This document shows, piece by piece, positions 45,867 through 54,587 of a stretch of DNA of 64,000 bases. Each line of letters starts with the position of its first letter. The stretch's first letter is position 1. The notes beneath the pieces were generated by a model. It did no database searches. It was not told the origin of the DNA and saw only the letters and a program-made list of their open reading frames with translations. The stretch is taken from assembly GCA_937901475.1 (NCBI GenBank), contig CALGTL010000162.1, positions 64,948 to 128,947 of the forward strand, written 5' to 3'. The DNA comes from an uncultured Dehalococcoidia bacterium (GTDB taxonomy: Bacteria; Chloroflexota; Dehalococcoidia; Lucifugimonadales; Australimonadaceae). The translations under genes were made by a program, and so were the position numbers.

Positions 45867-46724
45867 CTAGGCTCCCTCCGGCCTGACTTCGAGGCTGATG
45901 TCTAGCGCCTTCACCGAATGGGTAAGCGCGCCCGAAGATATAAGGTCGACGCCTGCTTCGGCAATGCCTCGAACAGACTCAATGGTTATGCCACCGGAAG
46001 CTTCGGTTAGCGCTTTCCCCTTGCAAAGGCGCACTCCTTCGGCCATCTGCTCGTTAGTCATGTTATCGAACAGGATGAGCTCAGCTCCGGCTTCTAAGGC
46101 CTCTTGAACCTGTTCGAGGGTGTCACACTCGACCTCCACGCGTATGGTATGGGGCGCCGTTGCCTTCGCACGGCGAACGAGGTCGGTGAGGCTTTCGCCT
46201 CGAGTTGCCATGGCCGCGACGTGGTTGTCCTTGATGAGAATCCCATCAGCGGTGCTCATACGGTGGTTGTGCCCACCACCCATCCGGACGGAATATTTAT
46301 CCAACAGGCGCCAACCTGGCACTGTTTTGCGGGTGTCGAGGATGGTATTGGGAAGGTCTTCAATAGCCTTCACTAATTCATTGGTGGCCGTTGCGATACC
46401 GCTCATGCGCTGGATGAAATTGAGAGCCGTGCGCTCTCCTCGCAGGATGCTGCTCATGCGTCCACGGATAAGCGCGATGTTTGTGCCCTTCTTGACGGCG
46501 GTACCGTCCGGAACCAGCACTTCCGTTTCCAGTGTCGGATCCACTTGACGCCACACTTCGAGAGCAATATCGACGCCCGCGAGCACGCCATTCGACTTAG
46601 GCATCATGAATGCCTCACTCTTGAGGTCGTCTGGTAGTAAGGCGCTAGTTTGATCGCTAGCAATCTCGTCTTCTGCTAGGGCTTGTTGAATCAATTGGAC
46701 TGTACCGTGCCAGTGCTGGAGCAT
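45867..46724 (-). CDS. nadC: Nicotinate-nucleotide pyrophosphorylase (carboxylating)
   Basis: ILDTRKTVPGWRLLDKYSVRMGGGHNHRMSTADGILIKDNH is the QPRTase core motif. 285 aa. Confidence 0.9.
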   Translation of the reverse strand: MLQHWHGTVQLIQQALAEDEIASDQTSALLPDDLKSEAFMMPKSNGVLAGVDIALEVWRQVDPTLETEVLVPDGTAVKKGTNIALIRGRMSSILRGERTALNFIQRMSGIATATNELVKAIEDLPNTILDTRKTVPGWRLLDKYSVRMGGGHNHRMSTADGILIKDNHVAAMATRGESLTDLVRRAKATAPHTIRVEVECDTLEQVQEALEAGAELILFDNMTNEQMAEGVRLCKGKALTEASGGITIESVRGIAEAGVDLISSGALTHSVKALDISLEVRPEGA

Positions 46725-46864
46725 CGTCTGTTATCACCAAGAGAGACGTTAGTCGCTGCATAGGGGCAGCGCTCTCCGATGGTACTGAGGGAGAGATTAA
46801 CTGCCAATACAGATTGTGAAAAACAGAACAAGCAAGGCCGAAGTAACGTCTACTGAAAGGTCAC

Positions 46865-48169
46865 TTACAAGTTGACGGGAACCCCTACAAGCTTGCCCTG
46901 AAGCGACCAAGGCGTAGTCTTAGTAATACGGATGTTGACCATCTCTCCCATCATATCGCGCCCTGACTCGTCAGGTGGATCGAAGAAGACCAATTTATCG
47001 GTGCGGGTGCGGCCTTGCCAGCGCCCGGCTTTACGGCGATCTACCAGAACTTCCTGTACGCTTCCGAAGTATGTGTTGTTTATCTCGGTTAGTACCGCCT
47101 CCTGAGCTTGCTCAATGGCCTTCAGGCGACGTTTTTTCTCCTCCAGAGGAACGTCATCTCCCATCTTGCGCTGAGCAAACGTGTTGGGGCGTGTGGAATA
47201 GGCAGCCACGTGAACCTTGTCGAAGCGAATGTCCTTAATCATGGAAAGGGAGTCTTCAAATTGCTCGTCAGTTTCACCGGGAAAGCCGACGATGAGGTCA
47301 GTCACCATCGCGACCGCTGGAATAGTCTCACGAACACGGCCCACCAGCGCTCGATACTCAGCATTAGAGTAGCCACGTTTCATGCGGTCGAGAACTTCGT
47401 CGTTGCCCGCCTGAAAGGGCAAATTCACGTTCTCCATCACGCGTGGCAAGCGCGCAATCGTGTCAATAATGTGCTGGCTCATATCATTCGGGTGCGACGT
47501 GAGAAAGCGGATGCGAGCGAGTTCAGGGACTTGATCATGAATCGCCTCCATGAGGTCCCCAAGATCAGGAGTACCAGGGAGGTCGTGGCCGTAGGAATCG
47601 ACGTTCTGCCCCAGCAAAGTGACTTCTTTGACGCCACGAAGAACGAGCATCTGGCACTCATGAACCAACTCCTCTAGAGGGCGAGAGGTTTCGCGCCCAC
47701 GCCGGTAAGGGATGATGCAGAAGGTGCAGAACTTGTCACAGCCATGGATGATTGGAACATGAGTGGTCACGTTGGGATGGCCAGGTACAAGTTCGCCAAC
47801 GCAACCTTCGGGGTCGATGCCCAACTTGTCCCCAACGATGTTAATCAGCGAATCGAATTGTTGCGGCTGCATGAAGGAATCTACGTAGGGATAGAGCTTC
47901 TTGAGAGCATCGGCCTGAGGGCCGACCATGCAGCCCATCACTGCAAGAGTTCGGTCTGGATTAGCCTGACGCCAAGGTTTGAGGCTAGTTAGCATGCCGA
48001 CGGCTTTGTCTTCAGCACTCTGCCTGACGACGCAAGTATTTAAGACGATTACATCCGCGTCTTTGGCAGTGGGAGCGAGATCTAGCCCAAGTTGTTCCAG
48101 TCCAGAGCCCATTCGCTCTGAATCTGCCATGTTCATTTGACAGCCTTCCGTCCAGATGTAGTAACGCAT
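46865..48169 (-). CDS. miaB: tRNA-i6A37 methylthiotransferase (MiaB-type radical SAM MTTase)
   Basis: YIWTEGCQMNMADSE (UPF0004 domain), radical-SAM CDKFCTFCIIPYRRG, and a C-terminal TRAM domain. Confidence 0.88.
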   Translation of the reverse strand: MRYYIWTEGCQMNMADSERMGSGLEQLGLDLAPTAKDADVIVLNTCVVRQSAEDKAVGMLTSLKPWRQANPDRTLAVMGCMVGPQADALKKLYPYVDSFMQPQQFDSLINIVGDKLGIDPEGCVGELVPGHPNVTTHVPIIHGCDKFCTFCIIPYRRGRETSRPLEELVHECQMLVLRGVKEVTLLGQNVDSYGHDLPGTPDLGDLMEAIHDQVPELARIRFLTSHPNDMSQHIIDTIARLPRVMENVNLPFQAGNDEVLDRMKRGYSNAEYRALVGRVRETIPAVAMVTDLIVGFPGETDEQFEDSLSMIKDIRFDKVHVAAYSTRPNTFAQRKMGDDVPLEEKKRRLKAIEQAQEAVLTEINNTYFGSVQEVLVDRRKAGRWQGRTRTDKLVFFDPPDESGRDMMGEMVNIRITKTTPWSLQGKLVGVPVNL

Positions 48170-48260
48170 CGTGTTGCCTCATCCTTGGCAGGGGCCAATA
48201 CCCCTGAATCAACATCACCGCGGAACTGGTCCGCGGCGCAAGCGGTAAGTAGTCGGATGG

Positions 48261-48353
48261 TGGCGGAGGGAGCGGGATTCGAACCCGCGAGGGGGCTCAT
48301 CACCCCCAACCCGCTTAGCAGGCGGGCGCACTCGGCCTCTATGCGATCCCCCC
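48261..48353 (-). tRNA. tRNA-Ser (anticodon GCU), CCA encoded
   Basis: GGGGGGA-TC-GCATAGAGGCCGAGTGC-G-CCCGC-CTGCTAA-GCGGG, a 21-nt variable arm, GCGGGTTCGAATCCCGC-TCCCTCC-G-CCA. 93 nt. Confidence 0.88.
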
Positions 48354-48777
48354 ATCCGGAGATTCAGGATAGCAGAGGCGGGCTTGGCCGTGCATGCACG
48401 GGCCTTCAAAAGCCCCCGGGGAACCTGTCCGATCGTGCCTCACAGATCAGCTTCTGCACTTAGGTCGAGGTCACGTTTCCCATGAAAATTAATCGTTTCT
48501 GTAGCCTGGGTAACAGTGTTACTCCGCTAGGAGCAGAAACCTTTATAAGGCGGTTGGCGCTGAATCCCATTAGCATAGACCAAGACGATATAGCGCTCTG
48601 GCTCCAGATTGAGCGAGATGAGGTAGTTGCTGACCAGAAGCGCGGCATGCGACAGGGGCGAGGCCTATAAAGAATATCGGCTCATACTGATTCATGCACA
48701 CCAACAAACCACTAGCAATTCCACGAATGAGCGAACGAACGCTAGAATGCGGAGAAGTATGCGATTGGAGTGGAAAG

Positions 48778-48978
48778 ATGCCCGATTTGACACCTGAGCA
48801 AGTACGTACGCAGTTGTCTGCGATAGGCCTGATTCCAATGGATCAGGAAGACCTCGACGAGATTACCCATCGCATCAATGCAGTGAATGAAGCGGTCTTG
48901 GCACTAGAGCATCCCGATGCAGATGTGCAAGAGCCGCTCTCGGTGTTCTGGTTGAACGAGGAGGGGTCGCATGAATAG
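48778..48978 (+). CDS. GatC-like small subunit (AtzG-like), second copy
   Basis: 66 aa, acidic. GGAG 8 nt before ATG 48778. EDLDEITHRINAVNEAVLALEHPDADVQEP is GatC-like. 8-nt overlap (ATGAATAG) with the amidase. Confidence 0.55.
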   Translation: MPDLTPEQVRTQLSAIGLIPMDQEDLDEITHRINAVNEAVLALEHPDADVQEPLSVFWLNEEGSHE

Positions 48979-50407
48979 CGCTGATGAACTGACTCTACGT
49001 CCCGCTATTGAGCTTTCCGCGCTACTAACTTCGGGTGAATTGTCGCCAGTGGAACTCACTCAGGCGTTCATCAACCGAGCGAAGCGCTATGCACGGCTGA
49101 ACGCATACATCACCGTTGACGAGGAGGGTGCACTGCGACAAGCGGCGAAGGCCGAAGACGAAATCAAGCGAGGGATGATTAGAGGGCCGATACATGGTTT
49201 ACCTGTGGCCGTAAAGGATCAATTCGATGCGAAAGGCCTACGGACAACGGTGGGCAGCAATATCATCGATTACATCGCGCACGAGGATGCCACGGCGGTA
49301 GGGCGACTACGAGAGGCAGGCGCAGTCATCTTAGGCAAGCTGAACCTGAGTGAGTTCGCGCTGGGCGGCAATGTGACACATCCGTTTGGGGTGCCCCATA
49401 ACCCGTGGGACGAGACACGGCAGGCAGGTCAATCTTCTAGCGGGTCGGGAATCGCGGTCGCAGCGTCGCTGTGCGCGGCAGCACTCGGAGGCGACACTGC
49501 CGGATCAATCAGGGGGCCATCCGCCTGGTGCGGCATCACGGGATTGCGCCCCACGTGGGGGCGCGTAAGCCGCAATGGCGCATGGCCAATGGCATGGTTC
49601 ATGGACGCAATCGGGCCGATGACGAAGACGGTAGCCGATGCCGCAATGATTTTCCAAGCGATCGCAGGACACGACCCTAAAGACCCGAATACGTCATCAC
49701 GCCCGCTAACGCCTTTCGAGCCCGAGCGCGGTCTCGAAGGGATGCGCGTCGGCGTGGTCCGCGAGAGCATCGACAACGGCATGGCGACCGGCGATGTAGT
49801 GCATGGCGTCGAGGAAGCGCTAGAGGTGCTGCGCGGTCTCGGGGCAACCGTGCTGGACGAGACGTTGCCGCTATTCGAGCACGGTGGGTTGATCTCCAAC
49901 GGCCTGGCTGACTCAGAGGCAGCAAACATCCACCGAAAGTTTCTCAGGGAGCGCCCCCAGGACTACGACTTCGCATCGAGGCGACGGCTCATGGCCGCGA
50001 GCCTCGTGCCTGCAGCGGCTTACGTGAAACTGTCGAGATTCCGCATGCTCATGCGACGCGACGTGATGGCCGCGCTGGGTCGAGTCGACCTACTGGTCAC
50101 GCCTGCACAGGCGGAGGGCGCACCAAAATTGCCAACGTCCACAGGCATGACCAGCAAAGAGGCGGTAATGCGCCAATTCTTCGGGCTACGCGCGCACCGA
50201 GGGCCATTCAATCTATCGGGCGTGCCAGCGATGGCCCTACCCATCGGATTCACGCCTGCCGACCCTGAAGGGTCTCACGACGGGCTCCCAATGAGCCTGC
50301 AAGTGATAGGTCGACCATTCGATGAAAACCGCATATTCCAGCTAGGTCACGCCTACCAAGAGGTCACAAACTGGCACGAGCACCGGCCAGCGCTTACCGA
50401 CAGCTAG
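48971..50407 (+). CDS. Amidase-signature family amidase (paralog)
   Basis: GLPVAVKD, GQSSSGSGIAVAAS, GGDTAGSIRGPSAWCG. 478 aa. By eye, clearly homologous to but well diverged from 41783..43198. Confidence 0.88.
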   Translation: MNSADELTLRPAIELSALLTSGELSPVELTQAFINRAKRYARLNAYITVDEEGALRQAAKAEDEIKRGMIRGPIHGLPVAVKDQFDAKGLRTTVGSNIIDYIAHEDATAVGRLREAGAVILGKLNLSEFALGGNVTHPFGVPHNPWDETRQAGQSSSGSGIAVAASLCAAALGGDTAGSIRGPSAWCGITGLRPTWGRVSRNGAWPMAWFMDAIGPMTKTVADAAMIFQAIAGHDPKDPNTSSRPLTPFEPERGLEGMRVGVVRESIDNGMATGDVVHGVEEALEVLRGLGATVLDETLPLFEHGGLISNGLADSEAANIHRKFLRERPQDYDFASRRRLMAASLVPAAAYVKLSRFRMLMRRDVMAALGRVDLLVTPAQAEGAPKLPTSTGMTSKEAVMRQFFGLRAHRGPFNLSGVPAMALPIGFTPADPEGSHDGLPMSLQVIGRPFDENRIFQLGHAYQEVTNWHEHRPALTDS

Positions 50408-50477
50408 CGCGTGACGCCTAGCGAGGCGCGATGCTATGATTGACACAAGCTGGAGCGTCTCTCCAGCGTCCTCGTGT

Positions 50478-50553
50478 GGGCCTGTGGCGCAGCTGGGAGC
50501 GCGCCTCAATGGCATTGAGGAGGTCCGGGGTTCGAATCCCCGCAGGTCCACCA
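50478..50553 (+). tRNA. tRNA-Ala (anticodon GGC), CCA encoded
   Basis: GGGCCTG-TG-GCGCAGCTGGGAGCGC-G-CCTCA-ATGGCAT-TGAGG-AGGTC-CGGGGTTCGAATCCCCG-CAGGTCC-A-CCA. The G3-U70 Ala identity pair is present. Confidence 0.92.
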
Positions 50554-50574
50554 GGTTTTTCTCCCAATTGATAA

Positions 50575-50620
50575 AACGAACAGAGGCCCCACCGAGAACG
50601 GTGGGGCCTCTGTTCGTTTT
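50575..50620. terminator. Bidirectional intrinsic terminator (tRNA-Ala on +, GNAT gene on -)
   Basis: AACGAACAGAGGCCCCACCG-agaa-CGGTGGGGCCTCTGTTCGTT (20 bp), flanked by AAAA on the 5' side and TT on the 3' side. Confidence 0.7.
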
Positions 50621-50623
50621 CGC

Positions 50624-51070
50624 CTAAAGGTACTTACGGAACGCTGCGAACGATGGATCGAACCCTATTCGTTCATAAAAGGCATGTGCTCCCTTGCGAT
50701 GACCGGAGCTAACAAGTTGGACCTTGTAGCCGCCCGCACCGCGAGTGATTGCCTCGCAGCGCTCAACAAGGGCTTCGCCTATTCCCCCTAGGCGGTGCTG
50801 TTCATCCACAACCATGTTTTCGATCTGGCCCCAGGGCCGCCTCTCGTGAGCCACGCTGGGAACCACAGCAACAGTGGCTGTCCCCACCACGTCTCCCTCG
50901 ATCTCGCCGACCAAAACGTGTAACCACGGGGCGCCTTGGGCATCGTGGAGCGCTATCTCAGCTTCTTCGATGGTCGGTGCCTCGGTGCCTGGACTAGCAA
51001 GCTGCACATACAGCCCCAACAGGGCAGACGCATCACTAGGCTCGGCCTCGCGGATTACCAGATTCATCAC
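50624..51070 (-). CDS. GNAT family N-acetyltransferase
   Basis: 148 aa. IENMVVDEQHRLGGIGEALVE (acetyl-CoA binding Q/RxxGxG/A) and the AHAFYERIGF C-terminal motif. Confidence 0.8.
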   Translation of the reverse strand: MMNLVIREAEPSDASALLGLYVQLASPGTEAPTIEEAEIALHDAQGAPWLHVLVGEIEGDVVGTATVAVVPSVAHERRPWGQIENMVVDEQHRLGGIGEALVERCEAITRGAGGYKVQLVSSGHRKGAHAFYERIGFDPSFAAFRKYL

Positions 51071-51225
51071 GATGGATCACCTCCATAGGCGCAGCTAGTC
51101 TAAGCATGCCAAGAGTTTACGTTGTGGCACATTCGCGTTCCCCATCACAATTCCGTCGCCTGACCTGAGAAGAAGAGCGCGCCCCATAATGGGGCGCGCT
51201 CTTCTTTTGCTCTGTAGGTGGTCGC

Positions 51226-52518
51226 CTAGAGGTCGACGACTCGAAGTTCAGCATCGTACTCAGGGTGGACAGGGACTTGATGGGTGAGTTTGACAACCTT
51301 GCCGGTCTGGGAAGACTCGACCATACCGAAGATGGCTTCAGCGGTCGCCATGCCCCACTCGCCGGAGTGGTAGACGGGCGCATTATTGATGACGGCCTCG
51401 TACATCTCGTGTATCTCTCCCCGAGCGTCCACACTAGAGACACCTGTGACCTCACGAGCGCCATTGTCACCATAGATAAGCACCCCATTCGCTCCTATTC
51501 GCATGTCGCCCCGCTCACACGTGACGATAATCGTTCCCGGGTCTCCCGTGTCGTTAAGGCCACGACGATCGCCTACCTTACGCTCAACCTGACGGCCAAA
51601 GTTACCACGGCCGGGGCCCGAAGTCTTAGCTTCCTCATATTGCTTGACCTCGGTGTCGCCACCGATGCGCAGGTCCTGCTTGGCCGCATCCTCGTCACGC
51701 GTGCCATCACGCATCTGCTTGCGAATCTCAACAAGCCCTTCAACGGACGCACGCCCTACTGGCGGAGCGTTGACATCGCCGAGGTTGAAGTAGCCGTACC
51801 CGTTGTGGGTGGCGGTTGCGAATGCGCCGCTCTCGAAATCGAACGTCGCAGTGTAATAGCCTGGGATGTTGCGCTCCGGCATCCACCATCCCATCTTCGC
51901 CCAAACCTGAGTCATCATGCCTCCGCCGAGAAGACGCAGAGAATCAAGTTGGTGCGGACCCTGACGGAAAGGAACCCCGCCGCCCTGGGCAAAGTCAAGT
52001 TCATCAGGCGTCCGAGGGCGCATCATCCAATCGGTATAGGCCAGTAGTGTGATGGCCTTTAGATCACCTAGTTCACCGGACTGAATGACCTTCCGCATGA
52101 CACGGTAGGGTAGCCCGAAACTAGCGGTGTGGGCGCAGACAAGCTTGACTCCAGCTTTCGCGCACTCCTCAACCATCTGCTCGGTCTCCTTGAGTGAGAT
52201 GGCCATAGGCTTCTCGATGAGCACATGCTTGCCATTGCGGGCAGCAGTGATGGTGTGCTCTGCATGGAAGCGGTTGGGAGACGCAATATAGACCGCATCA
52301 ACGTTAGGGTCTTGGCAGAGTTCCTCAGCGGTGGCGTAAACCTTTGCATCAGGAAATCGCTCCTTGAAGCGCTCGCGCGTTAAGGGCACATTGTCGCACC
52401 CTGCAACGAGGTTGATGGTGTCGGGTGATTGAACAGCGGTCCGGATAATTTCCAGTCCACCAACCCCAACACCGATTACTCCGATGTTGATCTTCTTCGT
52501 GGCAGCCTCTGTGGCCAT
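51226..52518 (-). CDS. Gfo/Idh/MocA family oxidoreductase
   Basis: N-terminal Rossmann INIGVIGVGVGG, and HVLIEKPMA (the EKP motif). 430 aa. GGGAGG SD. Confidence 0.85.
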   Translation of the reverse strand: MATEAATKKINIGVIGVGVGGLEIIRTAVQSPDTINLVAGCDNVPLTRERFKERFPDAKVYATAEELCQDPNVDAVYIASPNRFHAEHTITAARNGKHVLIEKPMAISLKETEQMVEECAKAGVKLVCAHTASFGLPYRVMRKVIQSGELGDLKAITLLAYTDWMMRPRTPDELDFAQGGGVPFRQGPHQLDSLRLLGGGMMTQVWAKMGWWMPERNIPGYYTATFDFESGAFATATHNGYGYFNLGDVNAPPVGRASVEGLVEIRKQMRDGTRDEDAAKQDLRIGGDTEVKQYEEAKTSGPGRGNFGRQVERKVGDRRGLNDTGDPGTIIVTCERGDMRIGANGVLIYGDNGAREVTGVSSVDARGEIHEMYEAVINNAPVYHSGEWGMATAEAIFGMVESSQTGKVVKLTHQVPVHPEYDAELRVVDL

Positions 52519-52656
52519 GCTCGCGACCTCCCTTTGTGTTCGATTTACCCCGGTTGGCCGAAATCACCAATCCGTACATTTAGAGGTGATTCTCGCTCTT
52601 AATCAGCATGACGTATAGGGTTAGTGTGCCTATGCAAGGCTGACAAGCGCTAACCC

Positions 52657-54021
52657 ATGATGGGCGACACTCTAAGATATCGCGTGTCACACCACAGCAG
52701 AGGAGCATCATTGATCGAGCGCTTAGTCGGACGATTGGCACGAGGACGGATCTACTACGGTTGGTACATCGTGGGGGTGGTGCTAGCGGGGGGCATCCCT
52801 CGCGTGGGCCTGAATGGCTCCTTCTTTGGCATATTCTTGAAACCACTCTCTGAGGAGTTCGGCTGGACGCGAGCCGAGGTCGCAATGGCAGTGACAATCG
52901 GCACACTTATCGCGGCAGCGCTCGGGATATACCTCGGCAGAGTACTCGATAGATTCGGCCCTCGCTGGATGATGGCAGGGGGGTTCGCCATCCTCGCGGG
53001 CTCCTACTTTGGGCTGGCGTTGGTCAACTCCCTCGTGGGCTTCTATTTGGTGTACTCGGTTGGCCGCGCCATGATGCAATCGGCGACGGGACACACACTT
53101 ATGTACGCGCTGGTATCTAAGTGGTTCGTGCGACGGCGCGCGACGGCAATCTCCGCTGCAACTCTGGGTGGGTACCTAGGCGGCATCCTTCTAGCACCCG
53201 TGACGCAGGGCATCATTGATGTGGCAAGCTGGCGGCACGCCTACTTTTTCTTCGGAGTACTAACCGTACTGATGGCCGTAATACCAGCTGTGCTCCTTCT
53301 CCGTCGCCTCCCAGAAGATTTAGCCTTGCTGCCAGATGGTGATGCCTCTGAACCCCGACTACCTGCTACCCCTATAGGTGTTGAGGCTGCGGATACCGCT
53401 ACCTCGATCGTGAAAGAGCAAACAAGCCTGACGCTCGGTGAAGCACTACGGACACCTGCCTTTTACATGCTGACCATGATGGTCATGGTCACGAGTGTTG
53501 GGATGACGGGAATCACATTCCATATGGTTCCCCACTTCACCGACGTTGGGATATCCAATACGGCAGCAGCAGCGACAATCAGCCTCCTAACTGTCGGGTC
53601 AATGGCAGCTGTCTTCGTATGGGGATTCCTCGCGGACCGCATCGGCGCGAAGCTGATGCTGCTGAGCGCGCTCGTAACGTTGGAGGTCGGCGCGGCGTTG
53701 ATTGCGAGCTCAACCACGGTATTCACTGCTTACATGAGTTCGGCTCTCTTCGGAATCGGAATGGCAGGGTATCTGCTTCTGAGTGAAGTCGTATGGGCGG
53801 ATTTCTTTGGGCGGAAGCACCTTGGTAGCATCCGAGGAGTAACGATGGTATTCCAGCTCGCGGGAAACGCCAGTGGTTCGCTCATCGCTGCGTATATGTT
53901 CGACGTGAGCGGCAGCTACGACGGCGCGTTCAAGATGATATTGGTAATCTATGCAGTCTCGTTCACCGTGCTGGCCCTGGCGCGGCGACCACTAGCTCGG
54001 GAGTCCGCATCTACACCTTAG
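52657..54021 (+). CDS. MFS transporter (paralog of 38542..39873)
   Basis: 12 TM segments. IYYGWYIVG and GRVLDRFGPR parallel IFYGWYIIG and GRLADRYGPR of the first MFS. Confidence 0.8.
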   Translation: MMGDTLRYRVSHHSRGASLIERLVGRLARGRIYYGWYIVGVVLAGGIPRVGLNGSFFGIFLKPLSEEFGWTRAEVAMAVTIGTLIAAALGIYLGRVLDRFGPRWMMAGGFAILAGSYFGLALVNSLVGFYLVYSVGRAMMQSATGHTLMYALVSKWFVRRRATAISAATLGGYLGGILLAPVTQGIIDVASWRHAYFFFGVLTVLMAVIPAVLLLRRLPEDLALLPDGDASEPRLPATPIGVEAADTATSIVKEQTSLTLGEALRTPAFYMLTMMVMVTSVGMTGITFHMVPHFTDVGISNTAAAATISLLTVGSMAAVFVWGFLADRIGAKLMLLSALVTLEVGAALIASSTTVFTAYMSSALFGIGMAGYLLLSEVVWADFFGRKHLGSIRGVTMVFQLAGNASGSLIAAYMFDVSGSYDGAFKMILVIYAVSFTVLALARRPLARESASTP

Positions 54022-54067
54022 ACTCAGGCCACTTAGACGCAGCAACCGAGTATCCTTGCTGTTCAAT

Positions 54068-54095
54068 ATGCAGCCGCAACTATGTAGCCGCAACT
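54068..54095 (+). repeat. Tandem 14-nt direct repeat upstream of the CoxG-like/GMC gene pair
   Basis: ATGcAGCCGCAACT ATGtAGCCGCAACT: two adjacent copies with one mismatch, ending 19 nt before ATG 54115. Confidence 0.6.
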
Positions 54096-54114
54096 CAAAA
54101 TGGAGAATTGATAT

Positions 54115-54570
54115 ATGAATTACAAAGGCACGGTTGAGATTGATACCGCTGCGCAGGATGTCTGGGACTTCATTCTCGATGTCGACAAGTTCGCCTCATG
54201 CATGGCAGGGGTCGAAGACCTAGTGCGAGTGGATGAGCGCACGTTCACGGGCAAGATGCGGGCGAAGGTTGGTCCCATCTCAGGCGAGTTCGCCTTCCAG
54301 GCGCAAATCGTTGACAGCAAAGCCCCTGTAAACCTTACGGCCCATGTAGAGGGAACGGACACTCTAACTAAAAGTACGATGACCTCCGATATCATGATGA
54401 CACTCTCCGCTGTCGGCGCTGACAAAACGGAGCTAGAGTATCAAGCGACGGTTGACGTCAACGGACGTCTTGCCATCATCGGCGACATGGTGCTACGAGC
54501 GACCGGCGCGCAAGTCATCCAGGAATTTTTCAAGCGCCTGCGTATGCAGGTGAGCAACGTCACGACCTAA
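54115..54570 (+). CDS. SRPBCC-fold CoxG-like protein
   Basis: 151 aa. The pattern VWDFILDVDKFASCMAGVE...GKMRAKVGPISGEFAFQAQI...GRLAIIGDMVLR resembles the carbon monoxide dehydrogenase subunit G family. Confidence 0.7.
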   Translation: MNYKGTVEIDTAAQDVWDFILDVDKFASCMAGVEDLVRVDERTFTGKMRAKVGPISGEFAFQAQIVDSKAPVNLTAHVEGTDTLTKSTMTSDIMMTLSAVGADKTELEYQATVDVNGRLAIIGDMVLRATGAQVIQEFFKRLRMQVSNVTT

Positions 54571-54587
54571 CAGAGGAGGCCCGTGAA

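Noticed and set aside
48261-48353. Long-variable-arm tRNA considered as a possible tRNA-Sec.
   Set aside because: The anticodon loop CTGCTAA gives anticodon GCU (Ser). The acceptor stem is 7 bp and the architecture is a standard class II tRNA-Ser.
51265-52047. Long antisense or out-of-frame ORFs: 51265..52047 (260 aa), 60838..61548 (236 aa), 11432..12052 (206 aa), 34299..34919 (206 aa), 26117..26716 (199 aa), 3021..3584 (187 aa), 47108..47677 (189 aa), 28369..28914 (181 aa), and many shorter ones.
   Set aside because: Each lies entirely within, and opposite or out of frame to, a gene with clear family motifs. Their translations are Arg/Ser/Pro/Ala-rich low-complexity sequence, typical of shadow ORFs in GC-rich DNA. 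One (26117..26716) even runs across the tRNA-Glu gene.
52562-52591. Inverted repeat AATCACC-16 nt-GGTGATT in the divergent promoter region between the Gfo/Idh/MocA and MFS genes. A similar one, TTATGAAC-8 nt-GTTCATTA, lies near 29377-29400.
   Set aside because: These are short (6-7 bp) arms that can arise by chance. No regulator gene is nearby to link them to. I note them only as possible operators and do not call them as features.
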